NCBI GenBank assembly: GCA_963832025.1
Contig: CAWHSF010000003.1
Coordinates: 207,665-271,664 of the forward strand
Length of the DNA stretch: 64,000 nucleotides
Direction of reading: 5' to 3'
Source of the DNA: Candidatus Nomurabacteria bacterium
GTDB lineage: Bacteria > Patescibacteriota > Minisyncoccia > Phycocordibacterales > UBA9973
Shown: positions 41,664-51,528 of the stretch, one piece after another
Position numbering within the stretch: position 1 is the first letter of the stretch
Layout: every line of letters begins with the position of its first letter
The notes under the pieces: generated by a model
Databases searched by the model: none
What the model was told of the DNA's origin: nothing
The model's input: the letters and a program-made list of their open reading frames with translations, nothing else
Translations under genes and position numbers: made by a program

Positions 41664-43370
41664 TTACCCACCTATTCTTACAGCTCCTCCGCCCACTCTT
41701 CCTCCGCCTCCTACTCCACCCAATATACTAGGAGCAGTTGAAGTAGTTGTGCTTGTTGTTGCTGAAGTGATTGTTTTTGTTACGATTATATCTCCTGCGT
41801 TCAGTCCAGAAACAATTTCCGTAGAAGTATTATTGGAAATTCCAGTTACAACAATCTGTGATTTAGGTGGGGTTGCAGAAGGAGAACCTTGTACTCCCGG
41901 CAAAGGAGCAGGTAAAGCTGTGGCAAATGTCTGCACATAACTTACACCGCCCTGTGTTTTTATCGCGCCATTTGGCACCATCAAAACATTTTGCTTCACA
42001 GCTGTGATGATATCTGCATTTACGCTCATCCCCGGTTTTACGCCTCCGTCATTGGTGGCATCAAAACTTATTTGCACATTGTAGTTTACAACTCCAGAAG
42101 AAACAGTGCCCACAGAATCAATTTCTGTAACTTCTCCGGCGATGGTTAAATTCGGTATAGCATCAAATGTCAGTGTAGCTTGATCTCCGAGTGCTATTTT
42201 TGCCACATCCACTTCACTAAGGGTAACTGTCGCTAAGTCTTCGGAAGTAATAATTGTACCCAAAGTTGTTCCGGAACCTGCAGTGTCTCCGACAATAACA
42301 GGAACACTGGACATTACTCCGCCAAAAGGAGCGGTGACATAACAATCAGCCAAGGTTTGTTTTGCATCTGTTAAGGTGTTGTTCGCTTGTTGAATAGAAA
42401 TTTGCGCAGACTGCACATCTAAATCGCTACTTGGCAGCGCCTCTTCGTTGCTCGAAATACTTGTCTCCGATGACAACAAATCACTCAAATGCGAATTAAT
42501 TTCAGAAGTATAAGTATTTAGGGATGCTTCTTGGGTAGTAATGATTGTCGGAACTTTGAAATTATATTTTTGAAGAGTAGTATCTACAAAATCAATATAG
42601 TTATTTGCGGCTTGTATTTCGTCGGCGATTAATTTGGTCGTAGTGTAAGTCTCAGAGATCAAGCCATCAATCGCAGTGTCGTCGGAAGTTCTGGTAATTG
42701 TTTTGTAGTCGCTGGAATTTTGAGTGTATGCAGTTGTGGCGAGTTTGTAAGCATCCATAAAATTTTGTTTATAAAGCATCGCCTGAGCTGTTTCTGTGCT
42801 GGTGACTTGTTCCGCGTACCAATCAATATTTTGCTGAGTCGTTCCGTTGGTGCTTTCAAAAAACATATTATTTATTCCATTCGTGACAGAAGGTAAATCC
42901 AAAAAGGTGTTTGATACAGAAGTAAAGCCATTATCGTAGGCTTGTGTTAAGGCAGTGTTTAGAGTGTCGGTTGAATCTTGGAGCTGAAGTTTTTGTAATG
43001 CCAAGTTCGCATTTTGTACGCCTATCTCCGCGTCGCGAACTGCTTGTTGTGCACTGGTATCATCAATAACAAAAAGTGTTTCACCGGCTCTGACATGATC
43101 TCCTGGTTTGACATTCACGCCAGTGATGGTGCCGGAAACTTGTGGAGTGACATTGATTTGGTTAAACGCAGACACTTGTCCACTGTCAGTAATTGAAGCA
43201 ATAATTGTACCGGTAGTAACTTTTGAGGTAACATATCGAACAACCCCAGCCGGAGTAGTTATTTTTTGATATCCTAAGTATCCACCTCCCAAGATTATTA
43301 TAATTACAATAGTGCTAATAATTTTATGTGCTAACGCGTAAGTTTTTATTTTAGTGAAAATGTTTTTCAT
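41664..43370 (-). CDS. HlyD/MacA-family periplasmic adaptor-like protein
   Basis: N-terminal TM; lipoyl-like GTITGVNVKPGDHVRAGETLFVIDD; long coiled-coil; beta-barrel; Gly-rich tail. Confidence 0.75.
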   Translation of the reverse strand: MKNIFTKIKTYALAHKIISTIVIIIILGGGYLGYQKITTPAGVVRYVTSKVTTGTIIASITDSGQVSAFNQINVTPQVSGTITGVNVKPGDHVRAGETLFVIDDTSAQQAVRDAEIGVQNANLALQKLQLQDSTDTLNTALTQAYDNGFTSVSNTFLDLPSVTNGINNMFFESTNGTTQQNIDWYAEQVTSTETAQAMLYKQNFMDAYKLATTAYTQNSSDYKTITRTSDDTAIDGLISETYTTTKLIADEIQAANNYIDFVDTTLQKYNFKVPTIITTQEASLNTYTSEINSHLSDLLSSETSISSNEEALPSSDLDVQSAQISIQQANNTLTDAKQTLADCYVTAPFGGVMSSVPVIVGDTAGSGTTLGTIITSEDLATVTLSEVDVAKIALGDQATLTFDAIPNLTIAGEVTEIDSVGTVSSGVVNYNVQISFDATNDGGVKPGMSVNADIITAVKQNVLMVPNGAIKTQGGVSYVQTFATALPAPLPGVQGSPSATPPKSQIVVTGISNNTSTEIVSGLNAGDIIVTKTITSATTSTTTSTAPSILGGVGGGGRVGGGAVRIGG

Positions 43371-43373
43371 AAT

Positions 43374-43856
43374 TTAATTTGTTGTTGTCTGTGGCGGTGG
43401 AACAGGCATTCCAACTGGCATTACTCTTATAAATTTTGCTTCTATCTGACCTTGCGTATTAGGTTCTCCAATTACAACAACAAAATCATTCAATTTCAAA
43501 TCAGTATTTGCAATCTTTGCTCTCATGTCTTCTATCTGTGTGTCGTTTGTTGTCAGAATTACTTTTTCTGTATTGTCTTTATCTTGTACGATAATGGTCG
43601 GCAATTCTATTTTTATAATTTTGCCGATTGCACCGTTGGCATTTGGAAAATTATTTTCCCCAGAAATCGAATGGTCGGGCCCAAAACCAAAATTGCGTTC
43701 GTAGTTTTCTTCCCAAGCTCTTCCAAAAGTTGCTTTATGAAAACCGACATTCATTCCCAGGTAGAAGATAAACAAAGCGATCAATACGATTCCAATTACG
43801 CATAAAATTTTAAACAGCAATTTTGACTCGAAAAACTTTTTTATGTTTTCGTACAT
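43374..43856 (-). CDS. membrane-anchored small beta-rich protein (paralog of 39275-39694)
   Basis: N-terminal TM; C-terminal ...DFVVVIGEPNTQGQIEAKFIRVMP parallels the 39275 protein. Confidence 0.4.
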   Translation of the reverse strand: MYENIKKFFESKLLFKILCVIGIVLIALFIFYLGMNVGFHKATFGRAWEENYERNFGFGPDHSISGENNFPNANGAIGKIIKIELPTIIVQDKDNTEKVILTTNDTQIEDMRAKIANTDLKLNDFVVVIGEPNTQGQIEAKFIRVMPVGMPVPPPQTTTN

Positions 43857-43865
43857 TCTTTATAT

Positions 43866-44282
43866 TTAAATTGATAATGTCGCACCGTTTATTGATTGAC
43901 TCCTACTAATTTGTTTCATTAAATATTTTAATGACAAGAAGCAAACAAAGAAAAGAGAAAGAGTAAAAATAATACTCATTGTTGGTAAAGATTCAGCCAG
44001 AGAAAAAGACAATTCTTTCCAGTAGGTCAACATTGATCCACTATCGGAAAAGATTAAAGAGAAATATTCATAAAAACCAGAATGTGCAAAATCACTTAAC
44101 AACATTTGGAAGGCCGGTATTAGTCCCACTGAAGACAGGAAAAGGATTAAGGACAGAGACCACAATTTTAATCTAATCATTCTTTTTTGGTGTGCATTTA
44201 TGATTTTCCATACGGAAAAAGACAACTCCGGGCTGGGTTCGTATACTGCCTTTTTAAATAATTTTATTAATTTGTCTTGCAT
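43866..44282 (-). CDS. putative anti-sigma factor (membrane protein)
   Basis: 138-aa ORF with 3 TM segments, immediately downstream of the ECF sigma gene. Assignment rests on position only. Confidence 0.35.
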   Translation of the reverse strand: MQDKLIKLFKKAVYEPSPELSFSVWKIINAHQKRMIRLKLWSLSLILFLSSVGLIPAFQMLLSDFAHSGFYEYFSLIFSDSGSMLTYWKELSFSLAESLPTMSIIFTLSLFFVCFLSLKYLMKQISRSQSINGATLSI

Positions 44283-44320
44283 ATGGATATTATACGTTAT
44301 TTAAGGTTATTTTGGTGCAT

Positions 44321-44944
44321 TTATTTATGGCTCACTTCAATGCCTCCTTGCGAAGGAGAGGCAGATATTATTTTTTTAAGTTCTAAAAGAGCTCTACGGT
44401 GTTGGCTTTTGACCGTGTTTAGCGGTTTGTCTAGAATTTTTCCTATTTCTTCAAAAGTCATTTCTTCTTGGTAATGAAGAATCAAAACTTCCTGATAATC
44501 TAAACGTAATTTTTCCAAAGTCTTATTCAAAAATTGACTGTCTTGTAATTTTTGCAAGGTCACGTCCGGCAACAGATCTTCTGCAGGAATATTTTCGGCA
44601 AAAGAATTTATATTTTCTTCGTCCTTGTTTTCCATGTCGGAAAACAGCAAACTTCTTTTTTTTCTCAAAAAATCGGTTACGGTATTTTTTGTAATAGTAA
44701 AAATCCAAGTTTTGAAACTTGCCTTTTTTGAATCAAAGTTACGAATATTTTTCCATATTTTTATAAAAACTTCTTGAACTATGTCTGGTGCATCGTTGCG
44801 ATTTGTTAGGCGTGCAGTAAAGTTATAAAGAGAAGTGGTATAACGATTTATGAGAATTTTTAACGCTTCTTGTTCTCTGTTTTTGTATAAAATAAGAATT
44901 TCTTCGTCACTTGATTTAGTTAGGTCACTATCATCATTTTCCAT
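44321..44944 (-). CDS. ECF-type sigma-70 family RNA polymerase sigma factor
   Basis: Region 2 DIVQEVFIKIWKN; region 4 HTH MTFEEIGKILDKPLNTVKSQHRRAL. Start MENDDSD chosen from the promoter spacing. Confidence 0.8.
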   Translation of the reverse strand: MENDDSDLTKSSDEEILILYKNREQEALKILINRYTTSLYNFTARLTNRNDAPDIVQEVFIKIWKNIRNFDSKKASFKTWIFTITKNTVTDFLRKKRSLLFSDMENKDEENINSFAENIPAEDLLPDVTLQKLQDSQFLNKTLEKLRLDYQEVLILHYQEEMTFEEIGKILDKPLNTVKSQHRRALLELKKIISASPSQGGIEVSHK

Positions 44945-44950
44945 GCCTTT

Positions 44951-44959
44951 AATATAGCA
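44951..44959 (-). promoter_or_regulatory. extended -10 box TGcTATATT, 6 nt before sigma-factor ATG 44944
   Basis: Minus strand: tgtgctatatt-aaaggc-ATG. Confidence 0.5.
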
Positions 44960-44984
44960 CAAATTTTTTTGGTTTTTCCATATT

Positions 44985-45018
44985 AAAAGCCCTTCGGCTT
45001 TATGCCTGAAGGGCTTTT
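44985..45018 (-). terminator. stem-loop after the giant surface-protein gene
   Basis: AAAAGCCCTTC-ggctttatgcct-GAAGGGCTTTT (11-bp arms). Confidence 0.55.
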
Positions 45019-45034
45019 AATATGGAACTTTGGT

Positions 45035-48000
45035 TTATTCTTGTACTGTTGTTGTGGTAGTTTTCTTTCCGAGAGGTTGATGATCTACAACAGTGGTAGT
45101 TCTTTTGATAAAAGGAGCTGTGGGCGGTGGAAGATATGCTGGATTTATTTTTCTTTGTCCGTAAATATATTTTGCTAACAATATCAATATAAGAATAAGT
45201 ATGATTATGATAAGCCAACCAAATATATTTGTCGGGAAGAAGCCAGCTCCGAAAGCGAATGCTCCAAGAGGGGAGGTCGTTCCGGTTGTTGCACTCCATA
45301 CTTGAGCGGAAACATTCGCATTGACTGATTGAGAATTACCGGAAGGGTCAACATAGTTTAAGGTTGCAGGGAAGTTGAGCAATGTGCCTGCGGTTGCGTC
45401 GCTGTTTACCTGTGTTTTTACTGTTACCACACCGGAAGCTCCTCCTCTAAGTGTTCCCAAGTTGAATACCAAAGTATTTCCGAGAACATTAGGATTGATT
45501 GGGTTCGATGAAAGATAAGTTACTTCTTGTGGCAACACTAACTGCAAACTTAGATTGGTAGCAGATCCTGTTCCGACATTTTGATAATTTATAGTGTAAT
45601 TAATTTCATCTCCTGGGTGTGGTCTGGTGTTGTCAATTGTAGGAACAATCGGTTGGTCTCTATTTACCGAAGAAGTAATAAGAAGAAGTGAACTTGCAGC
45701 TGTCCTGTTTACATATCTGATTACTGTCGTCGGACTCTGTGCCCCAGTTGTGGTAAAGCTTAATATATAACCATTACTACTTTGATAGGAATCTTGCGCA
45801 ATTGCTCGGAAGTAATAAGTTGTTCCAGGGCTTAATCCACTCAATGTGTCTGTGTGTATAACCGATGGCAATGTTCCGACAGCTGTGGTTGTAGTCGTAT
45901 TTCCCAAATTTATAGTTGGGCCCCACTCAAACCAAGCATTTATTGGGCTGGAATCAGAACTGCTAATTAAGGAGTTCAATTGTGCACTGGTGCTTAATAC
46001 TTGTGTTGCTTGCGTGGTGACGACACTTAGATTGCTTGCTATTGGTTGTGGATATATTGGTGTTGGAACGGGATATACCGGAACTATTGGTTGATAGTTT
46101 TGATTTACATAAACAGTGGTTGAACCAGTCGCTTGCTGTCCGGTGCTACTAGTACAAACAATATTGTAAGTAGTTGTATAAGTTAGAGCTCCAGTAGTTA
46201 TACTGCCGGAAGTACTTTGTGTTCCGGAAAGTCCATTGTAACCACCAGTAATACTACAATAACTTGCGTTAGTTGAGTTCCAAGAAATAATACTGGAACC
46301 ATTATAGTTGACACTGGAAGGATTTGCGTAAATGTTGACGGTAGGTTGCAAAATTTGATTTTGATTTACATAAACAGTGGTTGAACCAGTCGCTTGCTGT
46401 CCGGTGCTACTAGTACAAACAATATTGTAAGTAGTTGTATAAGTTAGAGCTCCAGTAGTTATACTGCCGGAAGTACTTTGTGTTCCGGAAAGTCCATTGT
46501 AACCACCAGTAATACTACAATAACTTGCGTTAGTTGAGTTCCAAGAAATAATACTGGAACCATTGTAGTTGACACTGGAAGGATTTGCGTAAATGTTGAC
46601 GGTAGGAATCTGGTTTTGAATTTGATTTACCGACACCGTCGCTGAAGCACTTACTTGTGTTCCATTGGTTCCATAACAAGTAATTGAATAGGTTGTAGTT
46701 CCACTTGGTACTACAACTCCGGAACCACTAGTTGCTGTACTGGAAGTCCAGTAAGCCTGACAAGATGTTGCGTTATTTGAACTCCAAGTAAGTGTAGAGT
46801 TTGCTCCGGATTGGATGGAAGTTGGGTTGGCGTAAAGAGAAACGGTTGGGTTTTGATATTGAATCTGATTTACCGACACCGTCGCTGAAGCACTTACTTG
46901 TGTTCCATTGGTTCCATAACAAGTAATTGAATAGGTTGTAGTTCCACTTGGTACTACAACTCCGGAACCACTAGTTGCTGTACTGGAAGTCCAGTAAGCC
47001 TGACAAGATGTTGCGTTATTTGAACTCCAAGTAAGTGTAGAGTTTGCTCCGGATTGGATGGAAGTTGGGTTGGCGTAAAGAGAAACGGTTGGGTTTTGAT
47101 ATTGAATCTGATTTACCGACACCGTCGCTGAAGCACTTACTTGTGTTCCATTGGTTCCATAACAAGTAATTGAATAGGTTGTAGTTCCACTTGGTACTAC
47201 AACTCCGGAACCACTAGTTGCTGTACTGGAAGTCCAGTAAGCCTGACAAGATGTTGCGTTATTTGAACTCCAAGTAAGTGTAGAGTTTGCTCCGGATTGG
47301 ATGGAAGTTGGGTTGGCGTAAAGAGAAACGGTTGGGTTTTGATATTGAATCTGATTTACCGACACCGTCGCTGAAGCACTTACTTGTGTTCCATTGGTTC
47401 CATAACAAGTAATTGAATAGGTTGTAGTTCCACTTGGTACTACAACTCCGGAACCACTAGTTGCTGTACTGGAAGTCCAGTAAGCCTGACAAGATGTTGC
47501 GTTATTTGAACTCCAAGTAAGTGTAGAGTTTGCTCCGGATTGGATGGAAGTTGGGTTGGCGTAAAGAGAAACGGTTGGGTTTTGAATCTGTTGCGCTGCT
47601 ACTGTTACCGTCGCATATGCGGAAGCTTGTGCTCCGGTACTGCTGGTACAAGTAAGATTGTAAGAAGTTGTATTAGCTAAAGCTCCAGTATTAAAACTAC
47701 CGGAAGTATTTTGATTTCCTCCCCAACCATTTGTACCACCACTTGCGATGCAAGATGTTGCGTTGGTGGAATTCCAAGTTAAGATACTTGTTCCATTGTA
47801 AGCTACGGAAGTTGGATTAGCGGAAAGAGAAACTGTCGGCTGAACCTGACCACTCACTGACACCGTCGCATAGGCGGAAGCTTGTGCTCCGGTACTGCTG
47901 GTACAAGTAAGATTGTAAGAAGTTGTATTAGCTAAAGCTCCAGTATTAAAACTACCGGAAGTATTTTGATTTCCTCCCCAACCATTTGTACCACCACTTG

Positions 48001-48967
48001 CGATGCAAGAAGTTGCGTTAGTAGAATTCCAAATTAACGTACTTGTTCCATTGTAAGCTACGGAAGTTGGATTAGCGGTTAAACTGACAGTTGGGGTTTT
48101 TATCTGTTGAGTTACCGACACCGTCGCTGAAGCACTTACTTGTGTTCCATTGGTTCCATAACAAGTAATTGAATAGGTTGTAGTTCCACTTGGTACTACA
48201 ACTCCGGAACCACTAGTTGCTGTACTGGAAGTCCAGTAAGCCTGACAAGATGTTGCGTTATTTGAACTCCAAGTAAGTGTAGAGTTTGCTCCGGATTGGA
48301 TGGAAGTTGGGTTGGCGTAAAGAGAAACGGTTGGGTTTTGAATCTGTTGCGCTGCTACTGTTACCGTCGCATATGCGGAAGCTTGTGCTCCGGTACTGCT
48401 GGTACAAGTAAGATTGTAAGAAGTTGTATTAGCTAAAGCTCCAGTATTAAAACTACCGGAAGTATTTTGATTTCCTCCCCAACCATTTGTACCACCACTT
48501 GCGATGCAAGATGTTGCGTTGGTGGAATTCCAAGTTAAGATACTTGTTCCATTGTAAGCTACGGAAGTTGGATTAGCTGTAAGGTTAACGGTTGGTGTAA
48601 CTACAGTAGGTTGGCAAGAAGCGGTAGTAAAAGAAACCATACTTCCGGACCATGATCCTTGAGGGGCATTGTTGAATTCTGTTTCATAATAATATGTAGT
48701 GTTTTGAGTGAGACCATTTATTACGGCACTGAAATCCGAATACGCAGTATAAGTTTGAGGAGTCGTGGAATATCCGAGAGATGGAGTAGGTCCCCATTCA
48801 AACCAAGCTGAAGTCGGAGTTCCGTTTGGACTTACGTAGCCATTTAAGGTTGCGCTGTTGCAAGTCTGCACTTGATATTGTGCTGCTGCTTTGTTTACAT
48901 TAATAAAAAGCCCGAAAACGGTAACGAAAACGATAAACATGGATATTGATAACTTTTTCATATTCAT
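45035..48967 (-). CDS. giant cell-surface repeat protein (signal peptide, FN3-like ends, 10 Ig-like tandem repeats, DUF11-like domain, C-terminal TM anchor)
   Basis: 1310 aa. N-terminal MNMKKLSISMFIVFVTVFGLF. Two ...WFEWGPT... modules. Three repeat types (A x3, B x5, C x2). C-terminal WLIIIILILILILLAKY anchor. Confidence 0.8.
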   Translation of the reverse strand: MNMKKLSISMFIVFVTVFGLFINVNKAAAQYQVQTCNSATLNGYVSPNGTPTSAWFEWGPTPSLGYSTTPQTYTAYSDFSAVINGLTQNTTYYYETEFNNAPQGSWSGSMVSFTTASCQPTVVTPTVNLTANPTSVAYNGTSILTWNSTNATSCIASGGTNGWGGNQNTSGSFNTGALANTTSYNLTCTSSTGAQASAYATVTVAAQQIQNPTVSLYANPTSIQSGANSTLTWSSNNATSCQAYWTSSTATSGSGVVVPSGTTTYSITCYGTNGTQVSASATVSVTQQIKTPTVSLTANPTSVAYNGTSTLIWNSTNATSCIASGGTNGWGGNQNTSGSFNTGALANTTSYNLTCTSSTGAQASAYATVSVSGQVQPTVSLSANPTSVAYNGTSILTWNSTNATSCIASGGTNGWGGNQNTSGSFNTGALANTTSYNLTCTSSTGAQASAYATVTVAAQQIQNPTVSLYANPTSIQSGANSTLTWSSNNATSCQAYWTSSTATSGSGVVVPSGTTTYSITCYGTNGTQVSASATVSVNQIQYQNPTVSLYANPTSIQSGANSTLTWSSNNATSCQAYWTSSTATSGSGVVVPSGTTTYSITCYGTNGTQVSASATVSVNQIQYQNPTVSLYANPTSIQSGANSTLTWSSNNATSCQAYWTSSTATSGSGVVVPSGTTTYSITCYGTNGTQVSASATVSVNQIQYQNPTVSLYANPTSIQSGANSTLTWSSNNATSCQAYWTSSTATSGSGVVVPSGTTTYSITCYGTNGTQVSASATVSVNQIQNQIPTVNIYANPSSVNYNGSSIISWNSTNASYCSITGGYNGLSGTQSTSGSITTGALTYTTTYNIVCTSSTGQQATGSTTVYVNQNQILQPTVNIYANPSSVNYNGSSIISWNSTNASYCSITGGYNGLSGTQSTSGSITTGALTYTTTYNIVCTSSTGQQATGSTTVYVNQNYQPIVPVYPVPTPIYPQPIASNLSVVTTQATQVLSTSAQLNSLISSSDSSPINAWFEWGPTINLGNTTTTTAVGTLPSVIHTDTLSGLSPGTTYYFRAIAQDSYQSSNGYILSFTTTGAQSPTTVIRYVNRTAASSLLLITSSVNRDQPIVPTIDNTRPHPGDEINYTINYQNVGTGSATNLSLQLVLPQEVTYLSSNPINPNVLGNTLVFNLGTLRGGASGVVTVKTQVNSDATAGTLLNFPATLNYVDPSGNSQSVNANVSAQVWSATTGTTSPLGAFAFGAGFFPTNIFGWLIIIILILILILLAKYIYGQRKINPAYLPPPTAPFIKRTTTVVDHQPLGKKTTTTTVQE
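46101..46622 (-). repeat. 2 x 261-bp near-identical tandem coding repeat (type C)
   Basis: tgatttacataaacagtggttgaacc... recurs at 46101 and 46362. Confidence 0.85.
46624..47585 (-). repeat. 4 x 243-bp tandem coding repeat (type B), apparently identical at nucleotide level
   Basis: gatttaccgacaccgtcgctgaagc... starts at 46624, 46867, 47110 and 47353. Units 2 and 3 read identical by eye. Confidence 0.9.
47586..48600 (-). repeat. interleaved type A / type B repeat units (A3, A2, B1, A1) with long identical stretches
   Basis: ttgaatctgttgcgctgctactgttaccgtcgcatatgcgg occurs near 47580 and again near 48320. Confidence 0.75.
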
Positions 48968-49275
48968 AAATTAATTTTTAATTATTAAAATTTTAATTTT
49001 TAATTAAACTAAATCGTTTGGCTTTTTAAAATATTAAGATAGATAATATATCTATATTTTATAAGCTTTTTTGGGAAATGAGCTTTTGTCAACTTCCTTA
49101 CTAGTGATTGTAGCATAGTCTGATAGAAATGTCAACTCTAGAATCTTGGCGTTCCAAATCTGCAAAATATATTTTGAACATCAAGATTCACATAAATCGA
49201 GTGTTTAAAAAAGAAAATTATTAATTTAATTTTGATTTTTATTAAAAAACTGCTAATCTTCAAGTGTAAAGACTT

Positions 49276-49347
49276 GCCCTCATAGTTTAATGGATAGAAT
49301 GCGAGCTTGCGGAGTTTGCGATCCAGGTTCGATTCCTGGTGAGGGCA
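49276..49347 (+). tRNA. tRNA-Arg (anticodon GCG)
   Basis: Acceptor GCCCTCA/TGAGGGC; anticodon loop TTGCGGA; T-arm CCAGG-TTCGATT-CCTGG. Confidence 0.8.
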
Positions 49348-49389
49348 CACAAATAAAAAAACACTCTGAGAGTGTTTTTTTATTTGTGT
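49347..49389. terminator. long bidirectional stem-loop terminator
   Basis: ACACAAATAAAAAAACACTC-tgag-AGTGTTTTTTTATTTGTGT, between the tRNA and the convergent gene. Confidence 0.75.
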
Positions 49390-49391
49390 AG

Positions 49392-49880
49392 TTAAAATCC
49401 AAGCATTTCCATTATTCTATCTGTCGGGTGTTCTCTCATTTCAACTTCTGCAATATTTTTTGAAGTCATAATGTAATGAATGTCTGTCGCCATCGTCTCA
49501 TCTATCGGGATGGTTATGATTGGCATAAAAGCTCTTTCTGAGTGTATGAAAAGAAGTGATTTTGTATTTATCTGTTCGGGTTGTTCTGTTTGTATCCAAA
49601 AAGACTTTATATTTTCATAAGGATAAATACGATTGCCGATTTTAAGTCCTTTATTGTTTAATTCATAAAAAATAGTTCCCGGCTTTTTTACCGCAAAAAA
49701 TCCGAGCAATATTCCAGAAAGAATCAATAATGCGGCAAAAAAATAATCACCAAAAATAATTGCAGCAATTGAACTGGTTATCACAATAATTCCGAGAGCC
49801 CAAAACCAATCTTTGCTTCTTTCTCGTTCTTCGTATTCGAGTGCGGACCAATTTAATTTTTCACTTAAACCCTCATCCAT
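49392..49880 (-). CDS. membrane protein with bacterial PH-like domain (hypothetical)
   Basis: 162 aa; two TM helices followed by KKPGTIFYELNNKGLKIGNRIYPYENIKSFWI. Confidence 0.4.
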   Translation of the reverse strand: MDEGLSEKLNWSALEYEERERSKDWFWALGIIVITSSIAAIIFGDYFFAALLILSGILLGFFAVKKPGTIFYELNNKGLKIGNRIYPYENIKSFWIQTEQPEQINTKSLLFIHSERAFMPIITIPIDETMATDIHYIMTSKNIAEVEMREHPTDRIMEMLGF

Positions 49881-49952
49881 GCTATAATCATACTATACTA
49901 ATAACCTTTTATCAAAAATAAATGCAAAAATTTTCCGTCGTTCTTTCCTTTT

Positions 49953-51495
49953 ATGCGAAATTTAATTAAATCCAAAATAACAATTAGTATTATTGTCTTT
50001 ATACTGCTTTTGGTGGGTGTGTTTTTACTCTTTTCTCATCATAGCCCTAAGTATCAATTTGTCTCTGTAACACGTGGTCCTATAACAGAAGTAGTTTCCC
50101 TGACCGGCAACACGACACCGAGCCAAAGTGTCGCTTTGTCTTTTAGCAGTAGTGGAAATATTTCCAATATATATTCTGCACTCGGAAAGAATGTGTCTGC
50201 GGGCGAGGTACTTGCGGAGTTGGATACCAGCAATCTAGTGGCTCAATTGCACCAAGCACAAGCAAACCTAGACACCGAACAAGCAAAATTGGAGGGATTA
50301 CAAGTCGGAGCCAGTCCCGAGAACATAGCGGTATCACAAACAGCTCTTGATAAAGCAAACCAAGACCTTGCGAATATGTATTCTAGTATTATTGATACTT
50401 CTACCGATGCATACGCCAAAGCAAATGACGCAGTCAGTACACAAATGAGTCAACTTTTTACCAATACCAATGGAACAATGCCAAGTCTTTCATATAGTAC
50501 TTCTGATTCTCAAGCTCAAACGAATGCTCAATTAGAATTGTCCTATTCACAGACAGCTTTGAGTAAATGGTCTTCCGAGCTCACAAACAATGATGGTTCT
50601 AATACCAGTTTAGACACTCTCTTAACGGATGGAATTTCTTATCTGGCAACCATACGAGAATTATTAAACAGTGTTTCTACTACACTCCAAAGTACTACTA
50701 ATTTGAGCGCGACAACCCTAGCCACATATAAGATGAATGTTTCTACTGCGCTTAGTGAAGTAAATTTAGCTACGACAAATCTAAATACGCTTTCTCAAAA
50801 TATTTCTTCGCAAAAACTAACCGTCTCGCAAGCGGTCAGCCGCGCTTGCTCTAACAAAAGCCGGTTCCACGGCAACTGATATTGCTGCGCAACAGGCCCA
50901 AGTAGAGGAGGCTACCGCTAGTGTTCAGAGCGCCCAAGCGCAACTGCAAAATGCCGAAATTGTAGCGCCGATAAGTGGAACGGTAACGCAGTTCGATGCA
51001 AAGATAGGACAGTTTGCGTCTTCAAATACACCTCTTGTTTCTATTATGTCTGATGCCGGATACGAGGTGGATGGAGGTGTTTCCGAAATTGACATAGGAA
51101 AAGTTGCGATCGGCGATACTGTGTCAATGACCCTGGATGCCTTTCCCGGGGAAACTTTTACCGGTTCAGTTTTCTATATTGCCCCGGCCGAAACAAATAC
51201 CGGCGGAGTTATAAGTTATCTAATTAAAATTGCATTTAGCAAACCAGACCCTAGGATAAAGAGTGGCTTGACCGCAAATATTGATATACAAACAAAACAA
51301 GACAATAATGTATTGATTCTTCCGCAATACGCCATTTTACAAAATGACCAAGGAACATTTGTGGAGACGTTGGTAAATAATAAAATTGTTCAAACTCCAG
51401 TTGTTTTGGGGATACAAGATGAAACAGGTAATGTTGAAGTGACTTCCGGCGTGAGCGAAGGAGAGCAGGTTATCAATATCGGGCTGAAGTCTTAA
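49953..51495 (+). CDS. HlyD/MacA-family adaptor-like protein, interrupted by a +1 frame change near 50828-50840
   Basis: ORFs 49953-50879 and 51046-51495. The +1 frame reads ...AALALTKAGSTATDIAAQQAQVEEATASVQSAQAQLQNAEIVAPISGTVTQFDAKIGQFA... across the gap. Confidence 0.7.
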
Positions 51496-51528
51496 TTGAA
51501 ATCCCAACTGAGTCCTAATTTAGCAGTA

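Noticed and set aside
41407-41940. 177-aa plus-strand ORF, and similar ones at 39234-39575, 39830-40198 and 43452-43805
   Set aside because: These are antisense shadows of the efflux-operon genes and are low-complexity. The minus-strand genes carry unmistakable ABC/FtsX/HlyD motifs.
46101-48600. Regularly spaced direct repeats considered as a CRISPR array
   Set aside because: The units are 243-261 bp, contiguous without unique spacers, and form one continuous ORF encoding Ig-like modules. There are no cas genes in the window.
45035-48967. Diversity-generating retroelement target in the repeat protein
   Set aside because: There is no reverse transcriptase gene or template repeat in the window. 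Differences between repeat units are not adenine-specific.
49138-49350. 70-aa minus-strand ORF (MCPHQESNLDRKLRKLAFYPLNYEG...)
   Set aside because: It is the antisense of tRNA-Arg(GCG) plus flanking AT-rich spacer, with no coding features.
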